A stretch of 44,911 nucleotides of DNA from a bacterium (GCA_046484245.1 JAWOBN010000036.1:1-44911), one strand, 5' to 3'; positions 1-9,408 are shown, numbered from the stretch's first letter. The notes: generated by a model from the letters alone, not told the origin. Made by a program: numbers and translations.

Positions 1-152
1 TTCACAGATTGAAATCCTCCGCAACCCCCCGCAGACTCATTGCCCCTCTATGGGTTCTGGACAGGCATTTTCATGAGAAAATCGTTCAGGCATACAGCAG
101 AGAGCGTAATCCATAATTCTCAGCTCTTTAGATGCAGTTAGTAACGATGATA

Positions 153-180
153 TTGAAATTGTCAAAAATTAATTTATAAT
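153..180 (+). promoter_or_regulatory. Putative sigma70-type promoter for greA (TTGAAA-16bp-TATAAT)
   Basis: TTGAAA at 153-158 and TATAAT at 175-180, 17 nt upstream of the ATG at 198. Confidence 0.6.
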
Positions 181-197
181 AGTCCAAAAGGTATTAT

Positions 198-2372
198 ATG
201 GATATAAAGAAGATTGAACATCTCTATGAAAACAGTAAATTCGCTGAATTGACCGAAATGGTGGACAATATTGAGGAGATGTCGGATAATACGCATATAC
301 TCCGCCTCATAGTAAGGGCATGCAGTAAAGAGGGGATTTCATTTGTGAAAAAGTTCGGCTCCTTCCCGGCTCTGGCGGATGACATTGATTTCCGGTGGAA
401 TCTGTATTTGTTCAATGAAAGTGATGCGCCGGGGGATGAGGAGATGCTCAGGAAAATACTCCATGAGGGAAGAGATGACCTGCTTGATGATTACATTCTG
501 CTTTATATGGACAGTCATGGTGAAATGCCCGTCTTTGAATCACTGACAGGATACCTTGCCGACAATATAAACAAACCGGCAGTAAAAAAGTATCTGGCAG
601 CTGTTTATGATGATGCTGATTTCCCTCTAAGGGTCATTGCCGATTATTCTGAAGGCAGAGCAATAAGCCAGGCTACAAGGGCAATGACAGATAGTACGGA
701 TATCCCTGATGCTGCCTTTGAGCTCTTTCTGTCAGACGGAATCAACAGTGAACAGTTCGCTCTGTTCACAGATGCGCTCAGATTTACTGAAGGATGCTTT
801 ATTATCTATGATTCGTCAATATACAAGATAAAGGGATATAATGCATTGAAAAAGAAATTCATTCTTCTGGACAAGATGAAGAGGGAAAAAGAGATAAACA
901 TGATGAAGGTGCTGGAACAGACCACACCCATAGGGCAGAATGATTTCCGCGTGTACAAGTACTTCAATCCGGACGGGGCGAAGAATCTCAGCCCGTGTGA
1001 ATTGCTCATATCAATATTGAAATATTCCGGCGGCTCCATTGACAAGAAGAGGCTTGAGAAGGAATTGATGTATATACACGGCGCTGATGCGCGCCAATTC
1101 ATCAAAAAACACAGCAGCAGGTTTGAACAATGTCCCGGTGTTCATATAATATTCGGCAAGACAGACAGATATATGCTGACTGATGAAGATGAGGATCAGA
1201 TACTGTCACATGTCAGACGGCTCAAGGACCCCGGCAAAATAAGGGATTATATCATGGAAGTCCTGGCAAAGACAGGTATGGAGGAATCAGTCAGGGAATC
1301 AATCAGGGAGTTTGCCCGAAGCATCAAATCCCCTGTAAAGGAAGAGATACTGTATCTTCTATCAGGTGATACAGCGTATATTGAGAATGCATCTCAGTAT
1401 GATGTTGGACTGTTCAGGAATGAGGATTTCATCAAAAGGCTTATCCTGCTCAAGGCAGTTTCTGACAGTGATTATCAGCTGCCCGGTGAGATTGACCACA
1501 GGCAGATAGAGTATATCTATAAAAACAGTGACAGTGTGACAAAGGACAAGATACTCAGTAAAGCATCGGACGGACTGAGGATAGGGAAGGATCTGGATTA
1601 TCTCAAATGGTATCTGAATTTTCATATAGATGACAATCTGCTTCCATTCCCTCAAAAGCATATTTATATCAAGGCAATGGAGATTGCCGGCACTCTCGGC
1701 ATGAAGAAGAGGAGTGATCCCTTTCTCAATTTTGTCCGTAAATTCCTCTTCTCCAAATCATCAAGATTCCTCAAATTAATGGAGACAACAGATAAGGCAG
1801 AGTTCAGGCAGCTCTTTGATGCATTCATGAAATCCGGTCTCCTTAATGATTACAGAAAAGATGAGATAAGAAAGGCTGTTTACGGGAAATACCCCGATTT
1901 CAGGGAGATTGCAAAAATAGAGTATCTCTACTCCACAAAGGAGTCAATAGCCCGGAAGCAGAGCGAACTGAGAGAGATCACTGATGTCATACTGCCGGAA
2001 TTGTCCGCCAAGATAAAGGAAGCTGCTTCACATGGTGATCTAAGTGAGAATGCTGAGTATAAATCATCCAGAGAGCAGTATGGCTTTTTCTCGTCAAGGG
2101 CAGAGGAAATGCAGAAAGATTTGTCAATGGTACAGCCGATTGATTTTGAAAGTGTAAAGACAGATAGAGCAGGCATTGGCACAAGGGTGATGCTTGAGAA
2201 TGTCAATACAGGGAAGATAAAACATTTCACAATACTGGGTCCATTTGATGCTGATTCAGATAAGGGGATTATATCCTATCTCTCTCCGCTTGCCAAAGAG
2301 CTGGAGGGGAAAACTGCCGGGGACATTGTCAAGGATATGAAAATAAAAGCCATTGAAAAGGCGGAAGGGTGA
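198..2372 (+). CDS. greA: Transcription elongation factor GreA with ~575-aa N-terminal extension
   Basis: C-terminal ~150 aa carry GreA signatures (AASHGDLSENAEYKSSRE; FTILGPFDAD..GIISYLSPLAKEL.GK); long N-terminal region is unassigned. Confidence 0.85.
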   Translation: MDIKKIEHLYENSKFAELTEMVDNIEEMSDNTHILRLIVRACSKEGISFVKKFGSFPALADDIDFRWNLYLFNESDAPGDEEMLRKILHEGRDDLLDDYILLYMDSHGEMPVFESLTGYLADNINKPAVKKYLAAVYDDADFPLRVIADYSEGRAISQATRAMTDSTDIPDAAFELFLSDGINSEQFALFTDALRFTEGCFIIYDSSIYKIKGYNALKKKFILLDKMKREKEINMMKVLEQTTPIGQNDFRVYKYFNPDGAKNLSPCELLISILKYSGGSIDKKRLEKELMYIHGADARQFIKKHSSRFEQCPGVHIIFGKTDRYMLTDEDEDQILSHVRRLKDPGKIRDYIMEVLAKTGMEESVRESIREFARSIKSPVKEEILYLLSGDTAYIENASQYDVGLFRNEDFIKRLILLKAVSDSDYQLPGEIDHRQIEYIYKNSDSVTKDKILSKASDGLRIGKDLDYLKWYLNFHIDDNLLPFPQKHIYIKAMEIAGTLGMKKRSDPFLNFVRKFLFSKSSRFLKLMETTDKAEFRQLFDAFMKSGLLNDYRKDEIRKAVYGKYPDFREIAKIEYLYSTKESIARKQSELREITDVILPELSAKIKEAASHGDLSENAEYKSSREQYGFFSSRAEEMQKDLSMVQPIDFESVKTDRAGIGTRVMLENVNTGKIKHFTILGPFDADSDKGIISYLSPLAKELEGKTAGDIVKDMKIKAIEKAEG

Positions 2373-2887
2373 ATTTCATTGATATTATTGCATTCATAAT
2401 TTTCCTGATTGTTTTATCAGTGCTTTTTTACAGGGCAATAGAAGACAACAGCAGAGAGTATCTTTCAAGAGCATCATTTGTCACAGGTCTCTTTCAGTCA
2501 CTCATGGTATTTATCATATTTTTCTTTGCATTCCAAACAGTGTCCACAGGTATGTCCATTCTGTCACACAATATTGAAATACGTATTATGACAATGGATA
2601 TTCTTTTTATTCACATCTATATTTTTCTCTACTATGTGTATTCATTCAAGCATTCAGATGCTGATGTCAGTGAACTGAATGACCTGCTTCAGCTGTTCAT
2701 TCCTGTAATAGCACTCAATGGCGCAGTGCTGCTGATAATTAAATTTGACACTGATGCCAATCAGATATTCTACAGGTATCTTGTAATGCGGTATTTTTCA
2801 ATTATTGTATTCAAGATAATTTATATTATGGCTCATTTCATATTTCTTGATATTATTCTGGGCCGCAGGAGGAATCCGGATAATTGA
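2369..2887 (+). CDS. Hypothetical multi-pass membrane protein
   Basis: 172-aa ORF with about 5 hydrophobic segments; GTG start overlaps the greA TGA (GTGA coupling). Confidence 0.7.
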   Translation: MNFIDIIAFIIFLIVLSVLFYRAIEDNSREYLSRASFVTGLFQSLMVFIIFFFAFQTVSTGMSILSHNIEIRIMTMDILFIHIYIFLYYVYSFKHSDADVSELNDLLQLFIPVIALNGAVLLIIKFDTDANQIFYRYLVMRYFSIIVFKIIYIMAHFIFLDIILGRRRNPDN

Positions 2888-3281
2888 AACTGAAATCAGA
2901 TATAATGAATTCATACATGACACTGTCACAGAAGAACATAATATTTTTAAGACCTGTTGAATCAAAATTCAATGTATCCCACCGGACTGTTACAGAAGTA
3001 TCAGTGTAATCCATTGCACTGAGTGTGCATGCTTTCAGTATATATTCTGTTATCTTCATCTGCCTGCAGTCGCCGGTGTCAGGTATCTCACTGTTAATAG
3101 TCATATAGCAGGTATCATTCCGGGATACTGCGTCAAGAGAGATGAAATTAACATAGCATATACCATCTGAGTCTTCCGAGCATTCCTTTATAATCCCATT
3201 GACACTCAGTGAGGAGCTGAAGATAATGGTGAATGCAATTACGGAAATTATCAGCAGAATAAGTGTCTTACGGATTATCAT
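2853..3281 (-). CDS. Hypothetical exported or membrane-anchored Cys-containing protein
   Basis: Likely start ATG 3281 (MIIRKTL) after a GGGAGG RBS inside the ftsK 3' end; N-terminal hydrophobic segment. Confidence 0.65.
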   Translation of the reverse strand: MIIRKTLILLIISVIAFTIIFSSSLSVNGIIKECSEDSDGICYVNFISLDAVSRNDTCYMTINSEIPDTGDCRQMKITEYILKACTLSAMDYTDTSVTVRWDTLNFDSTGLKNIMFFCDSVMYEFIISDFSFNYPDSSCGPE

Positions 3282-5634
3282 AAAAAACCTCCCTCGGTTT
3301 GGAACCATTCTGAGGTCCTATGACATTATCCTCCTCAAGATGCTCAATGATTCTGGCTGCCCTGGGATATCCTATTCCGAAATGCCTCTGCAGCATTGAT
3401 GTGGATGCCTTATTCTTCATTATCACATACTCCTTTGCATCCTCATACAGCTCATCCCTCTCATTGTCACTGTTCGGCTGGCCATTGGGACTATTGCGCA
3501 ATTCCTCTGTTATCTTGGATTCCTCAATGGGAATATGATAAATAATTCCGCTTAACAGTCCGTCCAGTTCACCGGGGTCAATCTCAAGTTCTTCCGCATA
3601 CATATCAACAAATTGCTGAACCCTTTCCTTGGAACCCGGGGTATTGTCATAATTGGCAATATTCTGTATCAATTCATTCTCAATTATCAGTTCAGCGAGT
3701 TTACCGGGGTCCTTGACAATATCCCTGAACAGGTCTTTCATGTATTCAAGTGCCCAGAGATTGACAATATTGCTGACCTCATCAGTCCTGATGAATGCCC
3801 CGTGAGCCCTTACAGCACTGCCCCTCTGCGGCGGTATGAAAAGCATGTCACCCTTGCCGAGCAGTTTCTCAGCACCGACAGTATCCAGTATGGTCTTTGA
3901 ATCCGCCTTTGACGGAACCTTGAAGGATATCCTTATGGGGAAATTTGCCTTTATTGAACCTGTAATTATATTGACAGAAGGCCTCTGTGTGGCGAGTATC
4001 AGATGAATACCCACTGCTCTTGACATTTGAGCGAGCCGTGTCACATGATGCTCTATCTCTTTGGAAGCAGTCATCATCAGATCAGCCATTTCATCAATAA
4101 TCACAACAATATACGGCTTCTTGCTGCTGCTTTTCTTATTGTACTCCTCAATATTCCTCACATTGAGCTTGGCGAATTCCTTATACCGTATGTCCATCCA
4201 TTCAGATAATTCCTTGAGCATTATAATGGCTTCTTTTGAATCCGTTATTACAGGCCTCTCAAGATGGGGTATGCCGTTATATATGGAGAGCTCAATTCTT
4301 TTGGGGTCAACCATGAGGAATCTCACCTGTTCGGGCTGTGTCCTGAATAGAATTGAGGTAATGAGGGAATTGATGCACACTGATTTTCCGCTTCCGGTTG
4401 TACCTGCTATAAGCAGATGAGGCATATCGGATATATTTTCAAATACAGGCACATTTTCCGTATTCCTGCCAATACATACAGCAGTAGGGTCATTCCTCTC
4501 AAGGAATTCCCTGTCAGTAATAAGATTCTTGAGATATACATACAGGCGCTTCCTGTTGGGGATTTCAATGCCGACAGCTGATTTCCCGGGTATATGCCCC
4601 AGTATCCTGATTGATTTTGCCTTCATGGCAAGTGCGAGATCATCTGCAAGGGATGTTATCTTATTGACCTTAACACCGGGTGAGGGTTCAAATTCATAAG
4701 TTGTGATAACAGGCCCAATATTGACATTGCTTACCTTGCCGTCCACATTGAATGATCGGAGTTTCTCTTCCAGTATCTCTATTTTCTCATTGATCTTCTC
4801 CTTGTCAGCACTGATTGTTGTATCCGGCGGATCATCCAGTATGTCAAGGAAGCGCTTCTTGAAATTATCATCAAGGAATCTTGAGTAATCTATCTCTTTA
4901 TCATAACCTGTCTTTATATGGACTTTCGCCTTTGGTTTGTTTTTCTTTTTGGGTGTCTTGTCTTTTGGAGCACTGTCTGTATCAGTGTCAGGCGCTTTGT
5001 CCTTTTTCCTCTTCTTCTTTTTCTTCGTCTGCCCGGAACTTGATGCCCTTTTCAAGAGAGAGAATGATTTCTCTTTTATTAAGCTTATCAGTATTTTGAC
5101 AAGGGCAAACAGATCAGTGAATACGAATGATGCAATAAGGAGTATGAATATCAGAACAAGTGTCAGTCCGGCATTGCCGAGATAGCGCAGGAGGAAACCG
5201 GAAACAGTATTTCCGTAAATGCCCGAGGTTTTGCTGCCTGCAAAGACACCGGCGAGGGGCGGTATGACAGTGATGAGAATCAGTGAATAAAGTGAAGGGA
5301 AGTATTTCTTTTCAAATTCCAGGATCAGCCCCAATGCTGAATATGAAAGCAGAAGCGGCAGGAAGTAGGCAGTGTACCCCAGTACACGGAATGTATAGAA
5401 TGCTATATAGAATCCTATAAGACCGGCACCATTCCGGCTCGCTGCACTGTACGATGCAGAATCCGTATCAAAGCCTATGAAGGCAATGATTGTGAACAGT
5501 GATAACAGTGCAATGACAAGTGCTGAAACTATCTTTATCCTGTCTGTTTTGAATTTCCTGAAGTAGAATTCAAGACCTATGAGTAATCCTGTGAGTAGTA
5601 TATTCAAAATAAAAAACAGTATATCTGAATTCAT
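3268..5634 (-). CDS. ftsK: DNA translocase FtsK/SpoIIIE
   Basis: N-terminal TM region, PHLLIAGTTGSGKS Walker A, VVIIDEMADLM Walker B, RAVGIHLILATQRPS, C-terminal gamma domain (STSMLQRHFGIGYPRAARII). Confidence 0.97.
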   Translation of the reverse strand: MNSDILFFILNILLTGLLIGLEFYFRKFKTDRIKIVSALVIALLSLFTIIAFIGFDTDSASYSAASRNGAGLIGFYIAFYTFRVLGYTAYFLPLLLSYSALGLILEFEKKYFPSLYSLILITVIPPLAGVFAGSKTSGIYGNTVSGFLLRYLGNAGLTLVLIFILLIASFVFTDLFALVKILISLIKEKSFSLLKRASSSGQTKKKKKRKKDKAPDTDTDSAPKDKTPKKKNKPKAKVHIKTGYDKEIDYSRFLDDNFKKRFLDILDDPPDTTISADKEKINEKIEILEEKLRSFNVDGKVSNVNIGPVITTYEFEPSPGVKVNKITSLADDLALAMKAKSIRILGHIPGKSAVGIEIPNRKRLYVYLKNLITDREFLERNDPTAVCIGRNTENVPVFENISDMPHLLIAGTTGSGKSVCINSLITSILFRTQPEQVRFLMVDPKRIELSIYNGIPHLERPVITDSKEAIIMLKELSEWMDIRYKEFAKLNVRNIEEYNKKSSSKKPYIVVIIDEMADLMMTASKEIEHHVTRLAQMSRAVGIHLILATQRPSVNIITGSIKANFPIRISFKVPSKADSKTILDTVGAEKLLGKGDMLFIPPQRGSAVRAHGAFIRTDEVSNIVNLWALEYMKDLFRDIVKDPGKLAELIIENELIQNIANYDNTPGSKERVQQFVDMYAEELEIDPGELDGLLSGIIYHIPIEESKITEELRNSPNGQPNSDNERDELYEDAKEYVIMKNKASTSMLQRHFGIGYPRAARIIEHLEEDNVIGPQNGSKPREVFYDNP

Positions 5635-5641
5635 ATATCTA

Positions 5642-5669
5642 ATATTGCATATAATCGGCTTAATGTCAA
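5642..5669 (-). promoter_or_regulatory. Putative promoter for ftsK (TTGACA-16bp-CAATAT), possibly leaderless
   Basis: Minus-strand TTGACA at 5669-5664 and CAATAT at 5647-5642; ATG at 5634 is 7 nt downstream; no SD seen. Confidence 0.4.
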
Positions 5670-5672
5670 TAA

Positions 5673-7367
5673 TCAGAGCAGTTTGCTGTATTCATCAAAT
5701 GTGAATTCCATCAAGTTGCTTATATTTTCCTTGGAGAAATCAAATTTAATGCCTGCTGTTTCATAAACCTCCGGTATTGATTTTGATGAGCCGAGTTTCA
5801 GTGCATTGAGATACTGTTCAATGGCTTTTTCCTTGTCTTCCCTGGAATTCTTCCATATCTGCAGAGCACCGAGCTGAGCTATGCCGTATTCAATATAGTA
5901 GAAAGGCATTTCAATAATATGTATCTGCTTCTGCCATACATTCTTCATGTATTCATCATAATCACTCCAGTCAAAGAATGATTCTCCGAACTGAAGCATC
6001 ATGTCCTTGAATGCTTCCGCGCGCTGCCGGGGTGTATGGTCCTTGTTCTCATAGATCCAGTGCTGGAATTTGTCAACAAGGGCAATCCAGGGGAATATCT
6101 TTATTATGCCTTCAAGCTGCTCGCGCTTTGCCTGCTTCAATTCATCCTCATCCTTGTAGAATTCATCCCAGTGATCCATTGTCAGAAGCTCCATTGACAT
6201 ACTTGCAAGTTCCGCGACTTCAGATGGTGTCAGTTTATAGTAGAATGGAAACTGTTCTTTTGTCAGTACTGCATGAATGCCGTGTCCGCCTTCATGCATC
6301 AGTGTCCTCATATCCGAGTGCATTTTCACTGCATTCATGAATATAAAAGGCATTCCTGTCTTGAGGAGGGGATAATTATAACCTCCGGGCGCTTTGCCCT
6401 TCCTGTTTTCCAGATCCATATTGCCTGACTTGTGGATGTCTGCAAGAATCTCTCCGAAACAGGGTTTGACCCTTTTGAATATTTTTACGGATTTTGCAAC
6501 AAATTCATCAACATTCTCAAATGGTTTGAGCTTCTTTTCATCCTCAGCAGGAGCAGCCTTGTCATAGGGATACATTGTGTCAATTCCCAGTATTTTCTTC
6601 TTCTCCTCAATGAGTTTTTCATAGACAGGTATGCATGCCTCTTTCACGGAATCATGAAACTGTCTGCAGTCCTCAATACTGTAATCTGTTCTCTGCAGTT
6701 CCTTGAAACGGAAATCCCTGTAATTGTCAAAACCTGCATTATGCGCCAGTTCCTGCCTCAGGGGTATCAGTCTGTCAAATATCTCATTGACCTTGTCTCT
6801 TATTGATAGACGGGCTTCTACAACCTTGTCATAAGCATCTTTGCGTGTCTGTCTGTCTTTGTCCTTGAGAAATTTCGCCATCTGATTTATTGTGTATTCC
6901 TCACCGCGGAACTGAGTTGTCAGACTGCCGACAAGACGCTGATACTGGGTTGTTATCTCTGATATCTTCTTCCTTACCTCCACATTCTCTTCCCTGAAAA
7001 GCTCAATAGAGAGTTTCATCTTCTTCCTGATCTGCTCCATTTCATCCGACATGCTGTCAAAATACTGTGAATCTACGAATTTCATGTTGATCTGATGAAC
7101 AGTCCTCTCGTATTCAGGTACAATGTTCTGGGTGAAATTACTGTATGCTTTCCTGTATTCCTCATTCTCCGTATCTGTTGTCATATGGATATATGTCCAG
7201 GCATAATCCTCCTCCATCTTCTCATACACCATACCGCTCATTCTTATCAGTTCTTCCAGATGTTCGGCTGATGAGATATCAGCCTCAAGTATGTCATCAA
7301 GATACGGCTTTATGTCTGACCACTGTGTAATTGTAAAATCATCATTCAGTTGATCCATGTTTGTCAT
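5673..7367 (-). CDS. M3 family oligoendopeptidase (PepF-like)
   Basis: HEGGH zinc motif, AELASMSME, GKAPGGY, HIIEMPFYYIEY; start 7367 chosen from the upstream AAGGA (7376 and 7358 are alternatives). Confidence 0.92.
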   Translation of the reverse strand: MTNMDQLNDDFTITQWSDIKPYLDDILEADISSAEHLEELIRMSGMVYEKMEEDYAWTYIHMTTDTENEEYRKAYSNFTQNIVPEYERTVHQINMKFVDSQYFDSMSDEMEQIRKKMKLSIELFREENVEVRKKISEITTQYQRLVGSLTTQFRGEEYTINQMAKFLKDKDRQTRKDAYDKVVEARLSIRDKVNEIFDRLIPLRQELAHNAGFDNYRDFRFKELQRTDYSIEDCRQFHDSVKEACIPVYEKLIEEKKKILGIDTMYPYDKAAPAEDEKKLKPFENVDEFVAKSVKIFKRVKPCFGEILADIHKSGNMDLENRKGKAPGGYNYPLLKTGMPFIFMNAVKMHSDMRTLMHEGGHGIHAVLTKEQFPFYYKLTPSEVAELASMSMELLTMDHWDEFYKDEDELKQAKREQLEGIIKIFPWIALVDKFQHWIYENKDHTPRQRAEAFKDMMLQFGESFFDWSDYDEYMKNVWQKQIHIIEMPFYYIEYGIAQLGALQIWKNSREDKEKAIEQYLNALKLGSSKSIPEVYETAGIKFDFSKENISNLMEFTFDEYSKLL

Positions 7368-7381
7368 CTTAACCATCCTTA

Positions 7382-7409
7382 TTGAAATATTATTTAATTA
7401 TGTTAAATT
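7382..7409 (+). promoter_or_regulatory. Putative promoter for recF (TTGAAA-16bp-TAAATT with TGn extension), possibly leaderless
   Basis: TTGAAA 7382-7387, TG 7401-7402, TAAATT 7404-7409; ATG at 7417 is 7 nt downstream; no SD. Confidence 0.5.
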
Positions 7410-7416
7410 CCTTTAT

Positions 7417-8478
7417 ATGAAATTGTTAACTCTAAGTATAAAAAATTTCAGGATTTTTTCAACAGCAACATTGGAATTTCCGCAGAAATTATTCATAACA
7501 GGTCCCAATGGCAGCGGCAAGACAACAATTGCAGAGGCAATTTACTATTTCACCAGTTTCCGCTCATACAAGGAACCCAGAGACAGTAATCTTGTCAAGA
7601 AGGGGGAAGAGGGGTTTGTGCTGCACTCTGACTCTGTCAGGGCAGGCGAGAAACTCAATATGGGAGTGTCATACTCCGGTAAGGGCAAGAGGATAAGAAT
7701 CAATAATGAGGATATTGCAAAGCATTCAGAGGGTTTCGGCAAATTCATAGCTGTTGTCTTTTCAGGAGCCGACAAGTATCTTTCAGCAGGTTCAGGTAAA
7801 TACAGAAGAAAATTCACAGACAGGATCATATCTGTCACTGACAGGAATTATTTCAATCAGCTGATTGATTATCACAGAATACTCAAACAGAGGAATAAGA
7901 TGCTGAAGGATAATCCCTCCAGCAGGATGATTGATACCTATGCTGCACAGATGAGCAAGGTTTCTTCTTATATATATGACAGAAGGGTGGAATTTGTCTG
8001 GTATTTCCGCGAAGTGCTCACCGATGTGTACAGGCAGATATTTGAAAGGGATATTGATATTGATGTTGAGTATTACTCATCAAAGGATAATGGCAAATAC
8101 ACCCGGAGGAGCCTCATTGAAGCATTGGGCTCAATGCGTGACAGGGAGAGAAAGCTCGGCTATACGCCTCTGGGTATTCACAGGGATGATTACAAAATTG
8201 AGATTGACAGTAAATCCATATCCCGGATAGGTTCTGAGGGTGAGCAGAGACTGCTCGGTATTGCACTGAAAATAACAGAGGTCCTGCTTATCTATGAAAG
8301 CCTCGGCGAACACCCTCTGGTCATACTTGATGATGTGCTGGCTGAACTGGACAGTGAGAGGAAGGAAAAACTGATGAGTGTCTTTGACGCATTCCCCCAG
8401 ATCATTGTAATGTCACCTGTCACTGAAGACAATGTCCTTGATTATCCTGTAAAATCACTTGATAATACTAATATTTAA
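7417..8478 (+). CDS. recF: DNA replication and repair protein RecF
   Basis: MKL..LSIKNFR start, GPNGSGKT Walker A, GIHRDD, GSEGEQR signature, LVILDDVLAELD Walker B. Confidence 0.93.
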   Translation: MKLLTLSIKNFRIFSTATLEFPQKLFITGPNGSGKTTIAEAIYYFTSFRSYKEPRDSNLVKKGEEGFVLHSDSVRAGEKLNMGVSYSGKGKRIRINNEDIAKHSEGFGKFIAVVFSGADKYLSAGSGKYRRKFTDRIISVTDRNYFNQLIDYHRILKQRNKMLKDNPSSRMIDTYAAQMSKVSSYIYDRRVEFVWYFREVLTDVYRQIFERDIDIDVEYYSSKDNGKYTRRSLIEALGSMRDRERKLGYTPLGIHRDDYKIEIDSKSISRIGSEGEQRLLGIALKITEVLLIYESLGEHPLVILDDVLAELDSERKEKLMSVFDAFPQIIVMSPVTEDNVLDYPVKSLDNTNI

Positions 8479-8501
8479 CGGAATATGATAAAAACACTGT
8501 A

Positions 8502-8539
8502 TCCAAATCCCGGGTACGGTTGTTGAAAATGATGAAACT
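8502..8539 (+). repeat. Left 38-bp inverted repeat TCCAAATCCCGGGTACGGTTGTTGAAAATGATGAAACT
   Basis: 38/38 match to the reverse complement of 9371-9408; match stops on both sides. Confidence 0.97.
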
Positions 8540-8556
8540 TAAAAAAGGGGGGCAAA

Positions 8557-9372
8557 ATGGCAACTTATGCCAGAATTGATGTGAAAGGTTATTTCTATCA
8601 TGTATTTGCGAGGGGGCAGAGGAAACAGCCATTGTTTTTCTCAAAGGATGATATGGGAGCTTTTCTCAATATACTGAATGCTGTATTAGAGGAGACGGAT
8701 ATTGATCTCTATGCTTATGCAGTGAACCGCAATCATTATCATTTTATTATCTATAGAAACAATACTTCAATGGGGCTGTTCATGAAGAAACTCAATATCC
8801 GATATGCATTATATTTCAACAATAAATACGGTACAGTAGGGCATGTATTTCAGGGTAGGTACAAAAGCAAGATAGTGCTTGAAGAATCGGAGCTTCCGAA
8901 GGTTTTTAATTATGTTCATTATAATCCCCAGAAACACGGCTTGACGGATGATGCTCGCAATTACCCGTTTTGCAGTGCCGGATTCTATCATGGCAAAAAA
9001 AATTATGTGAAGAAACTGAAGAAATTCAATTACAATAAATCAATAACATCACGAAAATTCATTACATACAGGGATTGTATTGGAACAAAAGAGCAGTATT
9101 TGAAATTTCTGAAACGGAAACCGGGCCGAGAAAAAGGTAAATTTAATGAAAGAAGACGGGAATCTTTTACAGAAGCATTTGAAACATTAATTAAGGAACA
9201 TAATCTAAATAAAGATGTCTTCATGAAAAATGTAAAAAGGACCAAAACACAAAAAATGAAGATAAAGAAAATTGTCATAGGATTGAAAAAGAGAGGATTT
9301 TCGCAGGCAGAACTGGCCAGGTATCTGGATTTACATAGAACAAGCATAACAAAAATGCTCAAAAATCACTAG
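8557..9372 (+). CDS. REP-associated-type (RAYT/TnpA-Y1, IS200-superfamily) tyrosine transposase with C-terminal HTH
   Basis: FYHVFARG, HUH motif NHYH, GHVFQGRYKS, catalytic-Tyr motif YVHYNP..HGL, YPFCS; C-terminal GFSQAELARYLDLHRTSITKML HTH. Confidence 0.9.
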   Translation: MATYARIDVKGYFYHVFARGQRKQPLFFSKDDMGAFLNILNAVLEETDIDLYAYAVNRNHYHFIIYRNNTSMGLFMKKLNIRYALYFNNKYGTVGHVFQGRYKSKIVLEESELPKVFNYVHYNPQKHGLTDDARNYPFCSAGFYHGKKNYVKKLKKFNYNKSITSRKFITYRDCIGTKEQYLKFLKRKPGREKGKFNERRRESFTEAFETLIKEHNLNKDVFMKNVKRTKTQKMKIKKIVIGLKKRGFSQAELARYLDLHRTSITKMLKNH

Positions 9373-9408
9373 TTTCATCATTTTCAACAACCGTACCCGG
9401 GATTTGGA
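9371..9408 (-). repeat. Right 38-bp inverted repeat (overlaps the transposase stop codon)
   Basis: AGTTTCATCATTTTCAACAACCGTACCCGGGATTTGGA is the reverse complement of 8502-8539. Confidence 0.97.

Larger units (their letters stand above)
8502..9408. mobile_element. 907-bp element: HUH/Y1 transposase gene bounded by a perfect 38-bp inverted repeat
   Basis: 8502-8539 and 9371-9408 are exact reverse complements and tightly enclose ORF 8557-9372; intergenic between recF and the glyQ promoter; no flanking direct repeat seen. Confidence 0.8.

Noticed and set aside
1..150. GC-richer stretch at the window start: possible gene end, short minus-strand ORF or riboswitch
   Set aside because: Only short ORFs without recognisable motifs; no convincing match to TPP, fluoride, cobalamin or other riboswitch cores; truncated by the window edge
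4581..4592. CCCGGGTA-like partial matches to the 38-bp IR (also GTACCCGGG near 14838)
   Set aside because: Short matches inside coding sequence with no extension; expected by chance
7357..7416. Upstream extension of recF in the ORF track (similarly 13431 for rsmI, 29673 for rpsR, 3308 for the ORF after ftsK)
   Set aside because: Extensions overlap neighbouring genes or promoters; family N-termini and RBS positions fit the downstream ATGs
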